The notes under the pieces: generated by a model
The model's input: the letters and a program-made list of their open reading frames with translations, nothing else
Database searches by the model: none
What the model was told of the DNA's origin: nothing
Translations under genes and position numbers: made by a program
Assembly (NCBI RefSeq): GCF_018350175.1
Contig: NC_058368.1
Coordinates: forward strand, 116,066,001-116,130,000
Length of the DNA stretch: 64,000 nt
Reading direction: 5' to 3'
Source of the DNA: Felis catus
Taxonomy: Eukaryota
Part shown: one piece after another, positions 13,531-26,380 of the stretch
Layout of the letters: each line of letters opens with the position of its first letter
How positions within the stretch are numbered: the stretch's first letter is position 1

Positions 13531-13749
13531 ATTTTTATTTCTTTTAACGTTTTATGTATTTTTGAGACAGAGAGAGACAGAGCATGAACGGGGGAGGGGC
13601 AGAGACAGAGGGAGACACAGAATCGGAAGCAGGCTCCAGGCTCCAAGCCATCAGCCCAGAGCCTGACGCGGGGCTCGAACTCACGGACCGCAAGATCGTG
13701 ACCTGAGTCAAAGTCGGATGCTTAACCGACTGAGCCACCCAGACGCCCC
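13531..13749 (-). mobile_element. Young feline CAN-SINE
   Basis: CpG-retaining body; TSD AATAAGGCTGATTTT (13516-13530 / 13750-13764). Confidence 0.92.
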
Positions 13750-13920
13750 AATAAGGCTGATTTTATTTTATTTTATTTTATTTTATTTTATTTTATTTTA
13801 TTTTATTTTTCCAATAAGGCTGATTTTAAACAAGAAGTAGTGATTGCTTGTGATAAGTGTTCCAGAGGGAAGATATTATGGTATTATAAGAGAGGAAAAT
13901 GGGGAAGAAAGACTACTTCT

Positions 13921-14136
13921 TTTTTTTTTTTTTCAACGTTTATTTATTTTTGGGACACAGAGAGACAGAGCATGAACGGGGGAGGGGCAGAGACAGAGGG
14001 AGACACAGAATCGGAAACAGGCTCCAGGCTCTGAGCCATCAGCCCAGAGCCCGACGCGGGGCTCGAACTCCCGGACCGCGAGATCGTGACCTGGCTGAAG
14101 TCGGACGCTTAACCAACTGCGCCACCCAGGCGCCCC
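13921..14136 (-). mobile_element. Young feline CAN-SINE (SINEC_Fc-like)
   Basis: Near-consensus body; perfect 15-bp TSD AGAAAGACTACTTCT (13906-13920 / 14137-14151). Confidence 0.93.
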
Positions 14137-14884
14137 AGAAAGACTACTTCTGATGGCTGGGCAAGGAAGTTCTCTTCAGGAGGTGATACTAGAGCAGAGA
14201 TCTCAATGTTAAGATGGAGACACCCAGGGAAAGATCTAGGGGAGGGCACTCGAGGAAAAGGTCACCTCAGGAATAAAGACCCAGAATCAGGAAGGAGTTT
14301 GGTGCTCTTGGCCACAGTCCCCAGGCCAGTGTGACTGGGTGAAGTGGGTGGGGCAGAGTGCAAGGAGACTGGGTGGAGAGGTGGGCAGGAGCCTGATCCT
14401 GAAGGACTTTATCAGCCCTGATAAAGGTTTGGAATTTGAAATGGATAAAATGCACATGGTCTAGTGGGGCAGAAACACAGAAGCAAATAAAAGCAATACG
14501 GGGTTATGGGTGATATATTTGGGGTGTGTACAGAAATAAAGGAGGGAGTAGTCAGAACTGGGAACCTGGGAACATCTGGGAAGGTGTCCTAGAGGAGGTG
14601 ACATTTCAGTTGAGGTTTAAGGAAGAGTAGCAGAGGGGAAAGGATATTGCAGGGGAGGGAACTGTGTCCATAGAAATCCAGAGGTGCACAGCCCCACGGA
14701 ATATTCAAGGCCTGAGCATAATGTAAGTTTAGTTGGAGTTTTCCCTGTAGGAATAGAAGTGGCAGGAGATCTGAGGTTGTAGGGAGAGGGGCTTTTGAGT
14801 CCTGCAGAGGATGGAAAACCCCTAAAGAATTTTAAGTAAGGGAGTATTAGGGCCAGGTTTACATTTCTTTAAAAGTTTATGAAA

Positions 14885-15048
14885 CGTTTTTTAAAGTTGA
14901 GTGGGGGTAGAGAGAGAGGGAGAGAGAGAGAATCCTAAGCAGGCTCCGCACATCAGTGCAAAGCCCAATACAGGGTTTGAACCCACAAACTGTGAGATCA
15001 TGACATGACCTCAGCTGAGATCAAGGGTCTGAGCCACCCAGGCACCCC
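14885..15048 (-). mobile_element. CAN-SINE (older)
   Basis: GA run, AATCCTAAGCAGGCTCC core, GAGCCACCCAGGCACCCC end. Confidence 0.8.
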
Positions 15049-16120
15049 CAGGTTTACATATCAGATCAAGACGTCCAGAATGGGCAGGCTTGGAAAGCAA
15101 GACCACTGTTTCTGGAGTGAGATCAAGGGAAGGCCTGAATAGGAGCAGGTGGTAAAAGGCGAAGGGCCTCCCTCCGCTACGAGGTGACCGGGCCTGTCCT
15201 GAAGCTGGGAGACTTCCTGGTTTCTGGCTTTGAGGACTGGCTTCCCTGGGGGACGATGATCTGGTTAAGTAGGACAGATCAGGAGAAACAGGTTGAGGGA
15301 AAGATCTGCAGTTTGAGGCGCCAGAGGGTCCTAAATGCTAACTTTGATGTGTGCCGCTCCCTCGGAGGGCTTGTTACTTGAAGATGCCTAGGCCCTGGCC
15401 CCAGTGAGTCAGAAGCGGTGGGTCTAGAATGGAGCCCAGGAATGTGTATGTGTACAAAGCGCCAAGTACCACACCCAGTCTGATGCTGGTAGGCTTCATA
15501 CCTACGGAGCTGCCATTTTGGCCTCTCCAGGTGCCTGGGGCAGGAGGCAGGACAAGCACATTCTCATCTGGACTTTGGCCAAAGCAGTTCAGAAATTCAG
15601 GCAAAGGTGACATCTAAAAGAAGGCTCTGGATGTAATGGGATCAAAGGTAGCTTGCTATCTTCGTTGCTGCAACTAAAGAATTACAATAAAGTGGCCCTG
15701 GTCATCACGTGTAACTCCTGATTATGTGTCCAAGATGCCTCAGAAACTAGCGGTCAGGCCAAGACTGAGCCTATGTGTGCGTATGTGTCCTCTCCTAGGT
15801 TGTGGATGGCAGGGCGTGACGGGGATTCATGGAATCCATGGTGAAGTCTGTGTGAGTTCTGTGCGAAGAGAGCAGCTTTTACTGTGTGCACCCACCAACC
15901 TTCACTACAGCTTGATGTGCTCAGTCCTGTTATTATTTCCATTTTACAGATGGGAAAACTGAGACCTAAAAAGGTTTAGTAAATTGTTCTGGGTCCCAAG
16001 GCCAGGATGCTGATGAACCAGGGCTGGAAGACAGGTCTCTGGACCCTCCTAACCATAGCATTGCCCTCGCCTCCACAAGTGGGAAAAGTCACCTCATTTC
16101 CTTTAATTTAAAAAAAAAAC

Positions 16121-16335
16121 TTTTTTTTAACATATATTTATTTTTGAGAGAGAGAGACACAGAATGTGAGCATGGGAGCGGCAGAGGGGGGCCGGGGGAG
16201 ACCAAGAATCTGAAACAGGCTCCAGGCTCTGAGCTGTCAGCACGGGGCCCCACAGGGGGCTCAAACCCACAAACCAGGAGATCATGACCTGAGCCGAAGT
16301 TGGACACTTAACCGACCGAGCCACGCAGGCGCCCC
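16121..16335 (-). mobile_element. CAN-SINE
   Basis: Full body; flanks AGTCACCTCATTTCCTTTAA / GGTCACTTCATTCCTTAA. Confidence 0.88.
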
Positions 16336-19041
16336 AGGTCACTTCATTCCTTAATCTTAAATGATCTTCCAAGCAAGGGAGCAAGGCAGAGTACAAGTTT
16401 TCTCTGTCTCATCCTGTTCGGAAAGTATCTAGGCCTTTACTTTAAAAGGCTCCCAGGGCCCAGAGGAGCTGGGATTGAAAGCCTCATGGTACAGACGGAG
16501 GTCTGAGGTCCCAGCCAGGAGCACTTGCCTGATCTTCTAAGGTTCTCACGGCAGTGCCACAGGCTTCCAGCAACAGAAGGAGGCGGCAGCAGCAAATCTG
16601 TCCCCAGTGCACCACAGTACTGTTTGGCTATGATGAAATACTCATGGCATATGGCTGCAAAGTTACTATCTTGAGAGCGGGCAGAAATGGGATTTTTCAT
16701 GTGCCAGATTTCACTCCCTCTCTGAAACAATTCTTGTAGTAAACAGAGGTTTTCTGATCTTGTTAAGATCTGGAGGATGGGAATTCCTTTACACTTTTTA
16801 AGTAAAACTATTGTCTTAGAGAATTTCATTCTATGGGTGGTACAAATGTTTTTTAAACGTTGGAAGCTCTTCTGTGCTCCCTCCCGCCCCCCTAAAAGCC
16901 AGGACAGGATGAGAAGCTGCCACCAACTCTGTTCTAGCCCCAGACCACCCGGTGATGAGAACTCCCGGTGTCCCCTGCCTGTCAACCCTTGGCGAATGGG
17001 GTGGACAAGAGGAAAGGCTTGCTGAGCGTGGGAGGCCACAGGGTGGAGGAGGCAAGGAAGGGCCAGGAAGCGAGTAGAATGTGACTTTTAGGAGGAGAAT
17101 TATTTTGAACCATGTCTTGTGTGCTGACAGCATAATGATCATTATTAGGACCTCAGATGTAACACGAAGCCCGCCCTGAAGTTAAATTTTCCCTTTCAGA
17201 TAAGCGTGGCCTGTCAACCCACCACAGGATGGTTCTATGCCAACCTCCTCCACATGGTGGGGGAGGGGGGAGGTTGGAATGTTCCAGCTGCTTCCTCACT
17301 CTTACCTTTCATTAAGGACTTTGTTTTTTTTAGTAAGCAAGGCGCCGTTTTTCTACCTTAGTCTTCTAAAATCAACCTGAGAAATACTTTGTGCAAGGAT
17401 CACAGCTGTTTTTGCAGCTTTCTGCCCACATTTAGTTTCGGAGCTGCTATCTGGACTCTTACGTCCCCAGAGACCCTCCTGGACGCAGTGTGACCTCTAG
17501 TAGAGGGACAGACCCAGGGCCTGAATTACACCCAGATTGTTTCTGGTTTTCACAGTATTTTAAAAATTAGTTTTCACATCAAAATCCTGTTTGCTGGCTC
17601 CTCTTGAAAAATCAGAAAACCTAGCTATGGTGGGTCACATTTCCCTGTGACACGTGGCTGGAGCTGCATAATAGTGGCTCCCTTTGCACAGAGGTTGTTC
17701 TCCAGTTTGCCATAGTCCCTACCACTCTCCGTCATCCCCCCCATCCACACCCTAAGAGAGGGTAGTGGTTAAAAGGCAAATATGGAGATACGAGTTTCAG
17801 TCTTGACCCTACCACTTACTTTCCATGGCCCCTTGAGTAAGTGTCTGCATCTCTCTGATGCCTGTTTTCAATCCCTAGGAAGAAGAGAATAATGCAGTTA
17901 AGGTATGAAGAGCAGAGACAGAAAGTCTAGGCTAGAGGAGGTACTCACTGAGACTTTGCCAGGTTTGTTTGTTGGTGTCTATTTCCTGTCAATAACAGAG
18001 GCCACTGGAAGATGCATACAAATGGACACACCTATTACAAATGCAAGCTTCATATATGCAAGCATTCTCTAAATTTGTTTTGTTTATTCCTGCATCCCCA
18101 GAGCTTAGGATAGTCCCCGGCACATGGTAGACACTTAGCAAATGCACTAAATGAATATGTGGGTTTATGTTGCCCTGAGTTTTCATGCTTCATATGTCAT
18201 GACCTAAATTATTATTAGCAGTCCATTTTATATGTATAAATGCAAATGGACACATAGGTTGGCATATTTCAGGGCTTTTCTTCAGAGCCATTGATGGGAA
18301 CTTTATTTCAGTAATCCCCTGAGTCACCATCTAGGAGAAAAATGTGTTTTCCTCCAGGACTGGGATCCCAAGATCATTGTCCGATACCAGGTCACTTGAG
18401 GAATCAGTGCTCCAAAAAGTCACAATTAAAAATGCACACATTTATGTGATGCTTCTTGAGAACTTGAGGTACTGTACCAACATCTAAAGCATTAAGTGCT
18501 CCCTGGAGCACTTTCCTCAGAAACACTACTTCAGAGAGGAGAGTGCACTTAGCTAAAACCAATGGCAGGTTCTATGCCATGTCTCAACAAGGCTAAAACC
18601 TCTGAGTGCTGGAATTTTCTCCCCATCGGATGCAACCTTCCCGGAAATACAGAAGATGGGTTGACTACCAACTGGATTCAATGTTAGCTTATTGGACTGT
18701 TGTATTACTTTTGTCTACAGGAGCCTTTCATAAGCTTGTGGCTTCGGTATTTGTGGCCTGTAGGGGTCAGCTGTGTTTTTTGTCTGCTTGGCATCCATGC
18801 TTCCTAGTTTTGGTAACTAAACTTCAATTTTCCTAGGGAACCCATTGTTTGCACACTTTCAACTGTGGAATTGGGTGGTGGCTAACGCCACCCCCAGCTC
18901 CAGAGGAGAGCATGGAAGTAGCCAAGGTATCACATCTCTTGGCTCCAGCCACACATTCAGAAAAAAGCAAGTTACCCAAAGGCAGTGCAAACACTAAGAC
19001 GCCAATGTGTGTGGGGGAGGGGGGGTGGAGGGGGAGGGGGC

Positions 19042-19163
19042 GGGGCACACCTGGGGGGGTTGCAGTCGGTTAAGCCTCTGACTCTTGATTTCAGCTCAGG
19101 TCATGATCTCATGGTAGTGGGATTGAGCATGAGGCTCTGTGCTGAGCATGGAGCCTGCTTAGG

Positions 19164-19203
<40 letters not shown>

Positions 19204-19532
19204 CCCCCCCCCAACTCTGGCCCTTCCCCGTCTGCATGCACACTCTCAAGATAAATAAAAAAACATTAAAAAAAAAAAACCACTCCAAACTGGAGCTTTT
19301 CTTAAGACTATTGGGAAAGAGGGGCACCTGGGTGGCTTAGTTGGTTAAGAGTCTGACTCTTGGTTTCGACTTAGGTCATGATTTCACAGTTCGTGAGATG
19401 GAGCCCCACATCCAGCTATGTGCTGATAGCACAGAGTCTGCTTGGGATTCTCTCTCTCCTTCGCTCTCTGCCCCTCCCCTGCTCTCTCTCTCTCAAAATA
19501 AATAAATAAACTTTTTTAAAAAATTAAAAAAA
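19042..19532 (+). mobile_element. Two CAN-SINEs (~19042-19279, 19321-19532) within a probable MaLR LTR (~18760-19990)
   Basis: Two SINE bodies with CT repeats and A tails; the second has TSD AAGACTATTGGGAAAG. The host LTR assignment is tentative. Confidence 0.8.
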
Positions 19533-19761
19533 AAGACTATTGGGAAAGGTAATACTTTTTGCTTGCTGGGACTTTTTGCTGTGAGAATATAATTCTGACC
19601 CTGCCAGAGGCACTGCTGGAGAATGTAGAGAGACAGAGCAAGAGAGGAGATTCCTTGGGACAGTGGTGACGGTGTTTGAATGCCTGGATCCAGCTTTACC
19701 TGAAGCTCAGATTCACCTCTGGATTTTTGGTTTCATGAGCCGATAAACAAAACCTCTCTCC

Positions 19762-19962
19762 TTTTTTTTTTTTTTTTTTTGAGAGAGAGAGAAGGTGCAA
19801 GTGAGTGAGGGGCAGAGAGAGAGAGAGAGAGGGAAAAAGATATATAGAGAAGAAGCGGGGCTTGAGCTCACCGGAAGTGTGACTGAAACTCATGAACAGT
19901 GAAATCATGACCTGAGCCAAATCTGAGTCAGATGCTTTAACAATTGAGCCACCTAGGCACCC
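19762..19962 (-). mobile_element. CAN-SINE variant
   Basis: T tail, GA run, tRNA-like head with a duplicated GAGCTCAAGCCCCGC segment. Confidence 0.8.
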
Positions 19963-20255
19963 TCCCTCTCCTTCTTTCTTAAAACAATTTGAATAGCATT
20001 TTAGTCAATTGCGATGGAGATATTCCTGAATAACAAATTAGAATTTGAAAATGTAGGTCAGAAAAGGAGGCACAAAAGTGTGAGACCCATTGCTCAGATA
20101 AAAACCAAAAACCATGATCCATGGCCAGAAGCAAACTGATGAGTTTGCCTCTTTTTCCTTGACATGGACCTCAAATTCCATTAGACTCTGGCAGAGCAGT
20201 GAGCTAAGAAACAGTAGAAGAAGCATAATTTTTTTCTCATTTCTTTAATACCCTG

Positions 20256-20284
<29 letters not shown>
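20256..20284. repeat. (CA)n microsatellite
   Basis: Read directly from the sequence. Confidence 0.95.
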
Positions 20285-20286
<2 letters not shown>

Positions 20287-20450
20287 GAATCTGGTCATCT
20301 TGTGCTGGATTTTGTGCTTGTGCTGGCCACATTCACTGGCTTTCCTTTCACATGTGTTCATTTGTCTGCTCCCGTAATGGGAAGACATTGAAATAAACCA
20401 GAGGCCAGGTCTTAGTGGACTTTTCCAGTGTTTTAAAACTCTCTGAACTT

Positions 20451-20643
20451 GGGGCGCCTGGGTGGCTCAGTCGGTTAAGCATCCAACTCTTGCTTTCGGT
20501 TCAGGTCATGATCGCAGGCTCAGGTCATTATGTCACAGTTTATGAGCATTCCTTAGGATGCTCTCTCTCCCTCTCTCTCTGCCCCTCCCCCACTCACACT
20601 CTCTCTGTCCCTCTGAAAACATAAACGAACATTAAAAAAAAAA
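20451..20643 (+). mobile_element. CAN-SINE
   Basis: GGGGCGCCTGGGTGGCTCAGTCGGTTAAG head, CT run, A tail. Confidence 0.88.
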
Positions 20644-21558
20644 ACCTCTTTGTTCTTGACGTAGAGGAATCCCACTAGCATTTGCCATTAAGCCTGTGAG
20701 CTCTAGAAAGATGTCATTCAGCTTGCACAGCATGTAGAGAAGTTCGTTTCATAGAGTTACTGAGCACTTCTGCATGCCAGGCTCCACCTTCCACAAATCC
20801 ATGAGCTGTTGGCGGCAGGCTTTCTCTTTTTGAGGAAGCCTTGTTTCCAGTCCTCGGTCAGCTCTTCTTTACCCTTTGCGGCTGCATCTTTGCCGTGGTT
20901 GCCCTTTACCTTCTCACCAGCCTGAATTCTGCTGCCCAATGATTCTTTCCAAAAGACTGCATCCCATCCCCATTTCCTGCTTCAAGGAGCTCCAGTGGCT
21001 CCCTGTAGTTTTCATATTGAATGTATACTCTTCTTCCTGGCCTCGGATAAAGCTAATACCAAGAATAAAAGCTAACCACTTGGAGCATTTACTGCATGCT
21101 GGGCACTGTGCTATGGTTTCACATGCATTATCTCATTTAATTCTCAAAATGATGCTATGGTTATTAATGTTATCCCTATTTTTTCCCAGATGAGGAAACT
21201 GATACACAGAGAGGTTGAGTAACTTGCTTAAGTCACATGAACAGTAAGTGATGGAGTCCAAATGCAACCTGTCACTCCAGCTCCAAAGCCCATGTTCCTA
21301 CCAGAAGATTCTGCTATCTCCAAGGCTCTTCCACAATCTGCTCTGTCTCTACCTTCTCACAACTCTACCATTTCCTTGGTCCACTTAGGCTGGTCTTACA
21401 GTTGTGCCCACTGTTCTGTGATTTTGTTGTCTTTGCTTAGTTGTTTAGCCATTCATTCATTCACTCATTCACTCATTCAGCAAATATTTACTGAGCCCCT
21501 GTCCCAGGCGCTCATGTCATCTGGATGACAGGACCAAGATTAAGAATGCTCTCTTTTT

Positions 21559-21777
21559 GGGGCGCCTGGGTGGCGCAGTCGGTTAAGCGTCCGACTTCAG
21601 CCAGGTCATGATCTCGCGGTCCGTGAGTTCGAGCCCCGCGTCAGGCTCTGGGCTGATGGCTCAGAGCCTGGAGCCTGTTTCCGATTCTGTGTCTCCCTCT
21701 CTCTCTGCCCCTCACCCGTTCATGCTCTGTCTCTCTCTGTCCCAAAAATAAATAAACGTTGAAAAAAAATTTTTTTA
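21559..21777 (+). mobile_element. Young feline CAN-SINE (SINEC_Fc-like)
   Basis: Near-consensus body; TSD AAGAATGCTCTCTTTT. Confidence 0.93.
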
Positions 21778-22151
21778 AAGAATGCTCTCTTTTCTCCCCC
21801 TTCTCCAAATCCTGCCTTTCAAGGCTCTGCTCCACACCCTGCCTTTTGTGTATCCCAGCTTGGCCAAGGTAGCTGGCATGGCCTCCCTCTCCTTGAATGC
21901 TGCGGGCACAGAAGGGCATGACCACCTAGTTGAGCATTCAACTTCACAGGGTTCCTCCAGGTCTCATGCGATCTTGCTGTCCCATCAGGAGGCAGATGCC
22001 TGGAGGACAAGGTGAGGGAACACCTTTCCTTTAGTATCTATCACAGCATTGAGTACACATTAGGCATCTAAAGAAATATTTTTTCATCCAATTGTTGAGT
22101 GAACAAATGGGATACAGGGAAATATGATGGTTTTTAAAATGGCCTTGTGAA

Positions 22152-22265
22152 GGGGCACCTGGCTGGCCCAGTTGATAGAGCGTGTGACTCTTGATCTCAG
22201 GGGTGTGAGCTCAAGCCACACACTGGGAGTAGAGCCTACTTAAAAAAGGAAAAAAAAAAGTGAAA
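22152..22265 (+). mobile_element. Short old-type CAN-SINE
   Basis: GGGGCACCTGGCTGGCCCAGTTGATAGAGC head, GTAGAGCCTACTTAAAAA end; TSD AAAATGGCCTTGTGAA / AAAATGACCTTGTGAA. Confidence 0.82.
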
Positions 22266-23737
22266 TAAAATGACCTTGTGAAAAATCTTGAATCTGGATT
22301 CTTCTTTTGATCAAGAATTCACGTAAAGTTTATGATATTCTTATGAGGTAGGTGTTATTAGCTCCCTTTTACAGATTAGATTGAGGCTCAGAGAAAATGG
22401 GTAACTTGCCCAAGTTCACAAAATGGATAAATCTCAGAGCACAGGCTCCCAACCACTGCATCATGCCTGCCTCCGCCATCCTTAGAAGATGGTTCTCCTG
22501 AATTCACAAATGTGGAAAAGCCATTGTAGTTTCCGTGGCTAATGAACTTTTACAGAAAATATGCTTTGTCAGGGTCTTCTACACAGACATTTTTCTTTAT
22601 CTCTAGGGATGGAAGGAGGCTCAATGCTGTTGTAAAGAAACTTGGTGAAATTCCAGCAACTTCTATCACTGGCCCCACTGCTGAGTCCTGGGACTTGAGG
22701 TCAAATTCTAGAAAAGCGCCACATAGGATGTACTCCCTGGCCACGTCTCTCTGGTCCTTGGATGCTGCCAGCAACACTCTTGGGGTTTGGACTCACATGA
22801 GAGCACTTCTTCACCGTGGAGGTGGGGGTGGGGGTGGGGAATGTTCTGGTTTTCTTTTGAGAGTCAGGCCCTCTCACTCCCAACCAACCCAGTAAAATGG
22901 GAGGGGCCTTACTGAAACCTGTCTCATCATCTCTTCCTCCCCAGCATAACCCCCACGCGTCCCAGCTGGCATGAGAAACTTTCTTCCCTTTTGAGGCAGT
23001 TATCCCTGCCTTATACTCCCGTCTTCACCTTGCCCTGCCCTCATTAGAATTTCAGAGGCATATGCTTGCCCCCTAAGGGCCTGGAAAATTTTCCAGCCAA
23101 AAAAGTCTTACTGTCAGAGTGTAGTTATGGACATGTGGTCTCTGGTCTTCCCTCAGCATCAGTGTTCTCTGAAGTGTAGATCTTGCCCCCTGATGGTCCA
23201 AATATGATTTGGGGGTGTGCCTGGATGATCTTCATTCCTCAGAGGCCAACAGACAATGCTGTGTTCCCCTACCAACCTTGGAAAGACACTGGAATCACTC
23301 AGCATTCCTTCTCAAAATACTGTTCACACCCCTTCTTGGATCTCTCTTTATCTTGCCCTCTCTTTCAGCAACCCTTTCCCAAACCACTGCTGCCTCTCCT
23401 TCCTCTCCAAGTCCTTCTTTGTCTCAGTTCCCAGCACGTTTCCTTCCACCATATCCTTCAAACTTCATTCTGGCCCAACTCTATCCCTGCCCTACCTGAT
23501 GTCCAGTTGGAGTTCCCTTCCTCAGCTCTGCATACACCCCAGGTCTGGTTGCCCCTGCCCTGCTCCCAGTATCTTCCTGCCCACTGATCTCTGCCCCATG
23601 GAACCTGGGCTGATGTTTTCAATCTCCTCTATTAGTACAACTCTTTCTGTCTGAAGCTATGGTTTTTTTTTTTCTACCTTTCACAACTGTCTTTCCCCCC
23701 ATTTATATGTGTTCCTCTGAAAAATAAATGTATGGGG

Positions 23738-23955
23738 GGGGTGGCGCCTGGGTGGCTCAGTAGGTTAAGCGTCCTACTTTTGATCTTGGCTCAGGTCATG
23801 ATCTTGAGGTTCGTGAGTTCAAGCCCTGTATCAGGCTCTGCGCTGACAGTGTGGAGCCTGCTTGGGATTCTCTCTGTCCCCCTCTCTCTCTGCCCCTCCC
23901 CACTGGTGTACTCTTGCTCTCTCTCTCCAAAATAAATAAACTTCAAAAATAAAAA
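23738..23955 (+). mobile_element. CAN-SINE
   Basis: Full head, CT run, AATAAA tail. Confidence 0.88.
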
Positions 23956-24138
23956 TAAGTGTATCAAAGTAAAAAAGTATCGCTTAAACACAACTATCAA
24001 GTAAATAATAAACAGTACAGGTGGTATTTTAATATGAGACACATTACCCATAAACTCCTGATCTTCAATGCCTTAGTCAGCTGGGCATTTGCCAAAAGGT
24101 ACTCACTATAAACTGATGATAAAATAACTTTTTTTGTC

Positions 24139-24782
24139 TGTTAAATAAAATTCAACTGAGGAAATTTCACTTTTTAAAATGTTTTTATTTATTTTTGAGA
24201 GAGAGAGAGACAGAGTGAGCAGGGGAGGGGTAGAGAGAGACACACACAGAATATGAAGCAGGCTCCAGGCTCTGAGCTGTCAGCACTGACCCCAATTTGG
24301 GGCTGGAACTCAGGAGCCATGAGGTCATGACCTGAGCCAAAGTCGGATGCTCAACTGACTGAGCCACTCAGGTACCCTTCAAGTGAGGAAATTTAAAAGT
24401 CTAACTGGCTTTATTACATGATTCCAAAATCGGGTAGCATCCCATGTACCAAACAGAGAGGAGTTCTGTTCTATAAAATGGAAAGTTTTATAAAAAGGTG
24501 GTTGGGGCAGGAAGTTATTAGCAAAAGAAAGGACAGGATTCTTTCACACCAGGTCACCTTCCTTTAGAAGGGTGGAGTAGAAGACTTCGTATAAGGCAGA
24601 TTACCTCATTTTCCTTTAAAGGATGGAGAGCACCAGGTTACAGATTGCCTCATTGGTGCTGATCAGAAAACTCCTGTGTTTATGGCAGAAGTTGAAACTG
24701 TAGTTAGGCTATGTTCTTAATCCTCCGTTTTGTGACTTGGCCAAAGTGACACCGTTTAGGGGCTATGGTTTTTATTTTTACA
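24139..24782 (-). mobile_element. Solo LTR (ERV1-like) interrupted by a CAN-SINE (~24168-24377)
   Basis: TG...CA termini, 4-bp flanks TGTC/GGTC, AATAAA on the minus strand (~24410). The SINE has its own TSD AACTGAGGAAATTT/AAGTGAGGAAATTT. Confidence 0.55.
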
Positions 24783-25479
24783 GGTCTAAAATCCCATAGT
24801 CTGAGAGGGAAGGACAATGTATATGAAATGTCCATAGCAGTGCAGGGAATGATCCTACAACTTAATTGAAACTCAATCAGGAAGAAGTCAAGTGGTGAGA
24901 TAAGCAAGGGTTCTCAAACTGGGACCTCCACAGGATGTGAAATTTTCATTTTGAAGCTGATGGTCTAAGCCAGTAGAGGTGTAGGCCTATGGTTATAGCA
25001 AGCAAGAGAAGGGCACTGGAGGAAAATCAATTTCTGAAATGACTAACAAAAAAAATCTATGCAAGTTGGACTCCTAGGTTTCTCCTCGACTTTGCTCAGG
25101 GAGTGTTTTGGTGATTTTCTCTTTCCGTTGGAAGAGAGGAAGGACTTAAGACAGGAAGTCTGAGCCTGAATGAATGAGGTCTTAACCACATTCCGTTATC
25201 AAAGGCTGCACTACTTGCTGTAAAGTTTATGGGGAAAAGTTGCCGGAGAGCAATCCAGTCAGCCTTAGCCCCGGTCCTTTCCCGTACAGCTCAGGAAATA
25301 ATCCCCCGAAGTAGCTAGACCCAGCAGACACCAGGAGGAGCGGCCTACAACGAACCCTGCCAGAGCAGGATACAACAGGGACCCAAGGCCTGCCTTCCAG
25401 GCATCTGCACTGGCGGCGAGAAGATATCATCTGGAGTCTCGGCGAATTGATCCAACCAGAGAGGAGTGTCTGTTGGGAG

Positions 25480-26380
25480 TCTCAGGTCCAACCCGCCTCG
25501 GAGGCGGGAGCGTAGGCGGGGGCAGGGAGGCCAGGCTGGCGTCTCCAGTCCCCACTGCACCGACCGACCCGCAGCGCTCGGTAGGCGCCCGGAGGCCAGG
25601 CGGCTGGGGGCGGGGCTCGTGCTGTGACACCGCCCCTCGCCTCGCCCCGCCCCGCGCGCGTTGCCAGGGTGATCAGGTGACTCCGGGCTTGCGGCGCTCG
25701 GGGCGGCCGTGACGTCAGGCGCGCCGCTGCTCCTCTCTAGCTTGGTGGCAGGTGCAGTGTATCTGGTGCGGTCTCATCTGGTCGGATCAGGTCCGGAACA
25801 AACCAGTGCCCTACCGGTTGGAGAACAGAAGAGGTGAGGCGCGGCGGCCGCGGGCCCGACCAGGCTGGGACTAGGGAGCGGGTGAGGTGAGGGCGGGGCC
25901 CTTCGGGGGTTTGGCGCGCCCCCGAGCTCCCCAAAGAGCGCCCCGAGAGCGGCGGGCACCCGGGCGAGGTGGACTGACTCAGGGTGGGGTGTGCGCAGCG
26001 TCCGGGGAGGGGCTGGGAGCCGGCTCAAAGCCCACCCGGGAGCCCCGCCGCTGTTCATCCGGTTGTCGGTCGCGAGCCGCTGGCGGAGGCCGGGAGGGTG
26101 GAGATCCTGCGCCGCCCGCCCGTCTTCTGGGCCGTGAACTAAAGGCGCTCAGCATTTCAAGCGGCCTCCCGGTGCCCGGAGTCGGCGTGCTCGGAGCGGG
26201 TCTCGCCACACCCCGTCCCGGGGGACTTCTGCGAGAGGCTTGTGCAACTCTTCTCCTTGGGCAGCGATTTCTGAGGAGCTGCCGGGGCGGGGGGGGGGGG
26301 GGGGGAGGGGGGAGGCTGGTGCCGGGAGGCCGCTTGGGAGCCCCACGAGTGGAAGCAGAGGCCGGCGTATTCAGAGAAAG
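25480..26380. promoter_or_regulatory. CpG-island promoter of CYSTM1
   Basis: Very GC- and CpG-rich and repeat-free. GC boxes at 25607-25615 (GGGGCGGGG) and ~25644-25654 (GCCCCGCCCCG); palindromic CRE TGACGTCA at 25710-25717; X-box-like GTTGCCAGGGTGAT at 25660-25673. Confidence 0.88.
25720..25833 (+). other. CYSTM1: Probable CYSTM1 non-coding exon 1 (5' UTR); start approximate
   Basis: Lies in the CpG island just downstream of GC boxes and the CRE, has no ATG, and ends at a good donor GAG|GTGAGG (25833/25834). This is the nearest CpG island upstream of the coding exon. Confidence 0.7.

Noticed and set aside
13899..14153. Recurrent ORFs such as ETEHERGRGRDRGRHRIG... and MAQSVKHPT... across the window
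   Set aside because: They are CAN-SINE translations, not a gene family.
16437..17039. 200-aa minus-strand ORF
   Set aside because: No recognisable domain or exon structure; consistent with chance.
22152..22230. tRNA-like sequences with A and B boxes
   Set aside because: These are SINE heads followed by A tails and TSDs, not tRNA genes.
1..25400. Possible neighbouring genes (PURA, IGIP) upstream of CYSTM1
   Set aside because: No matching ORF was recognised in the window; if synteny holds, they lie further upstream.
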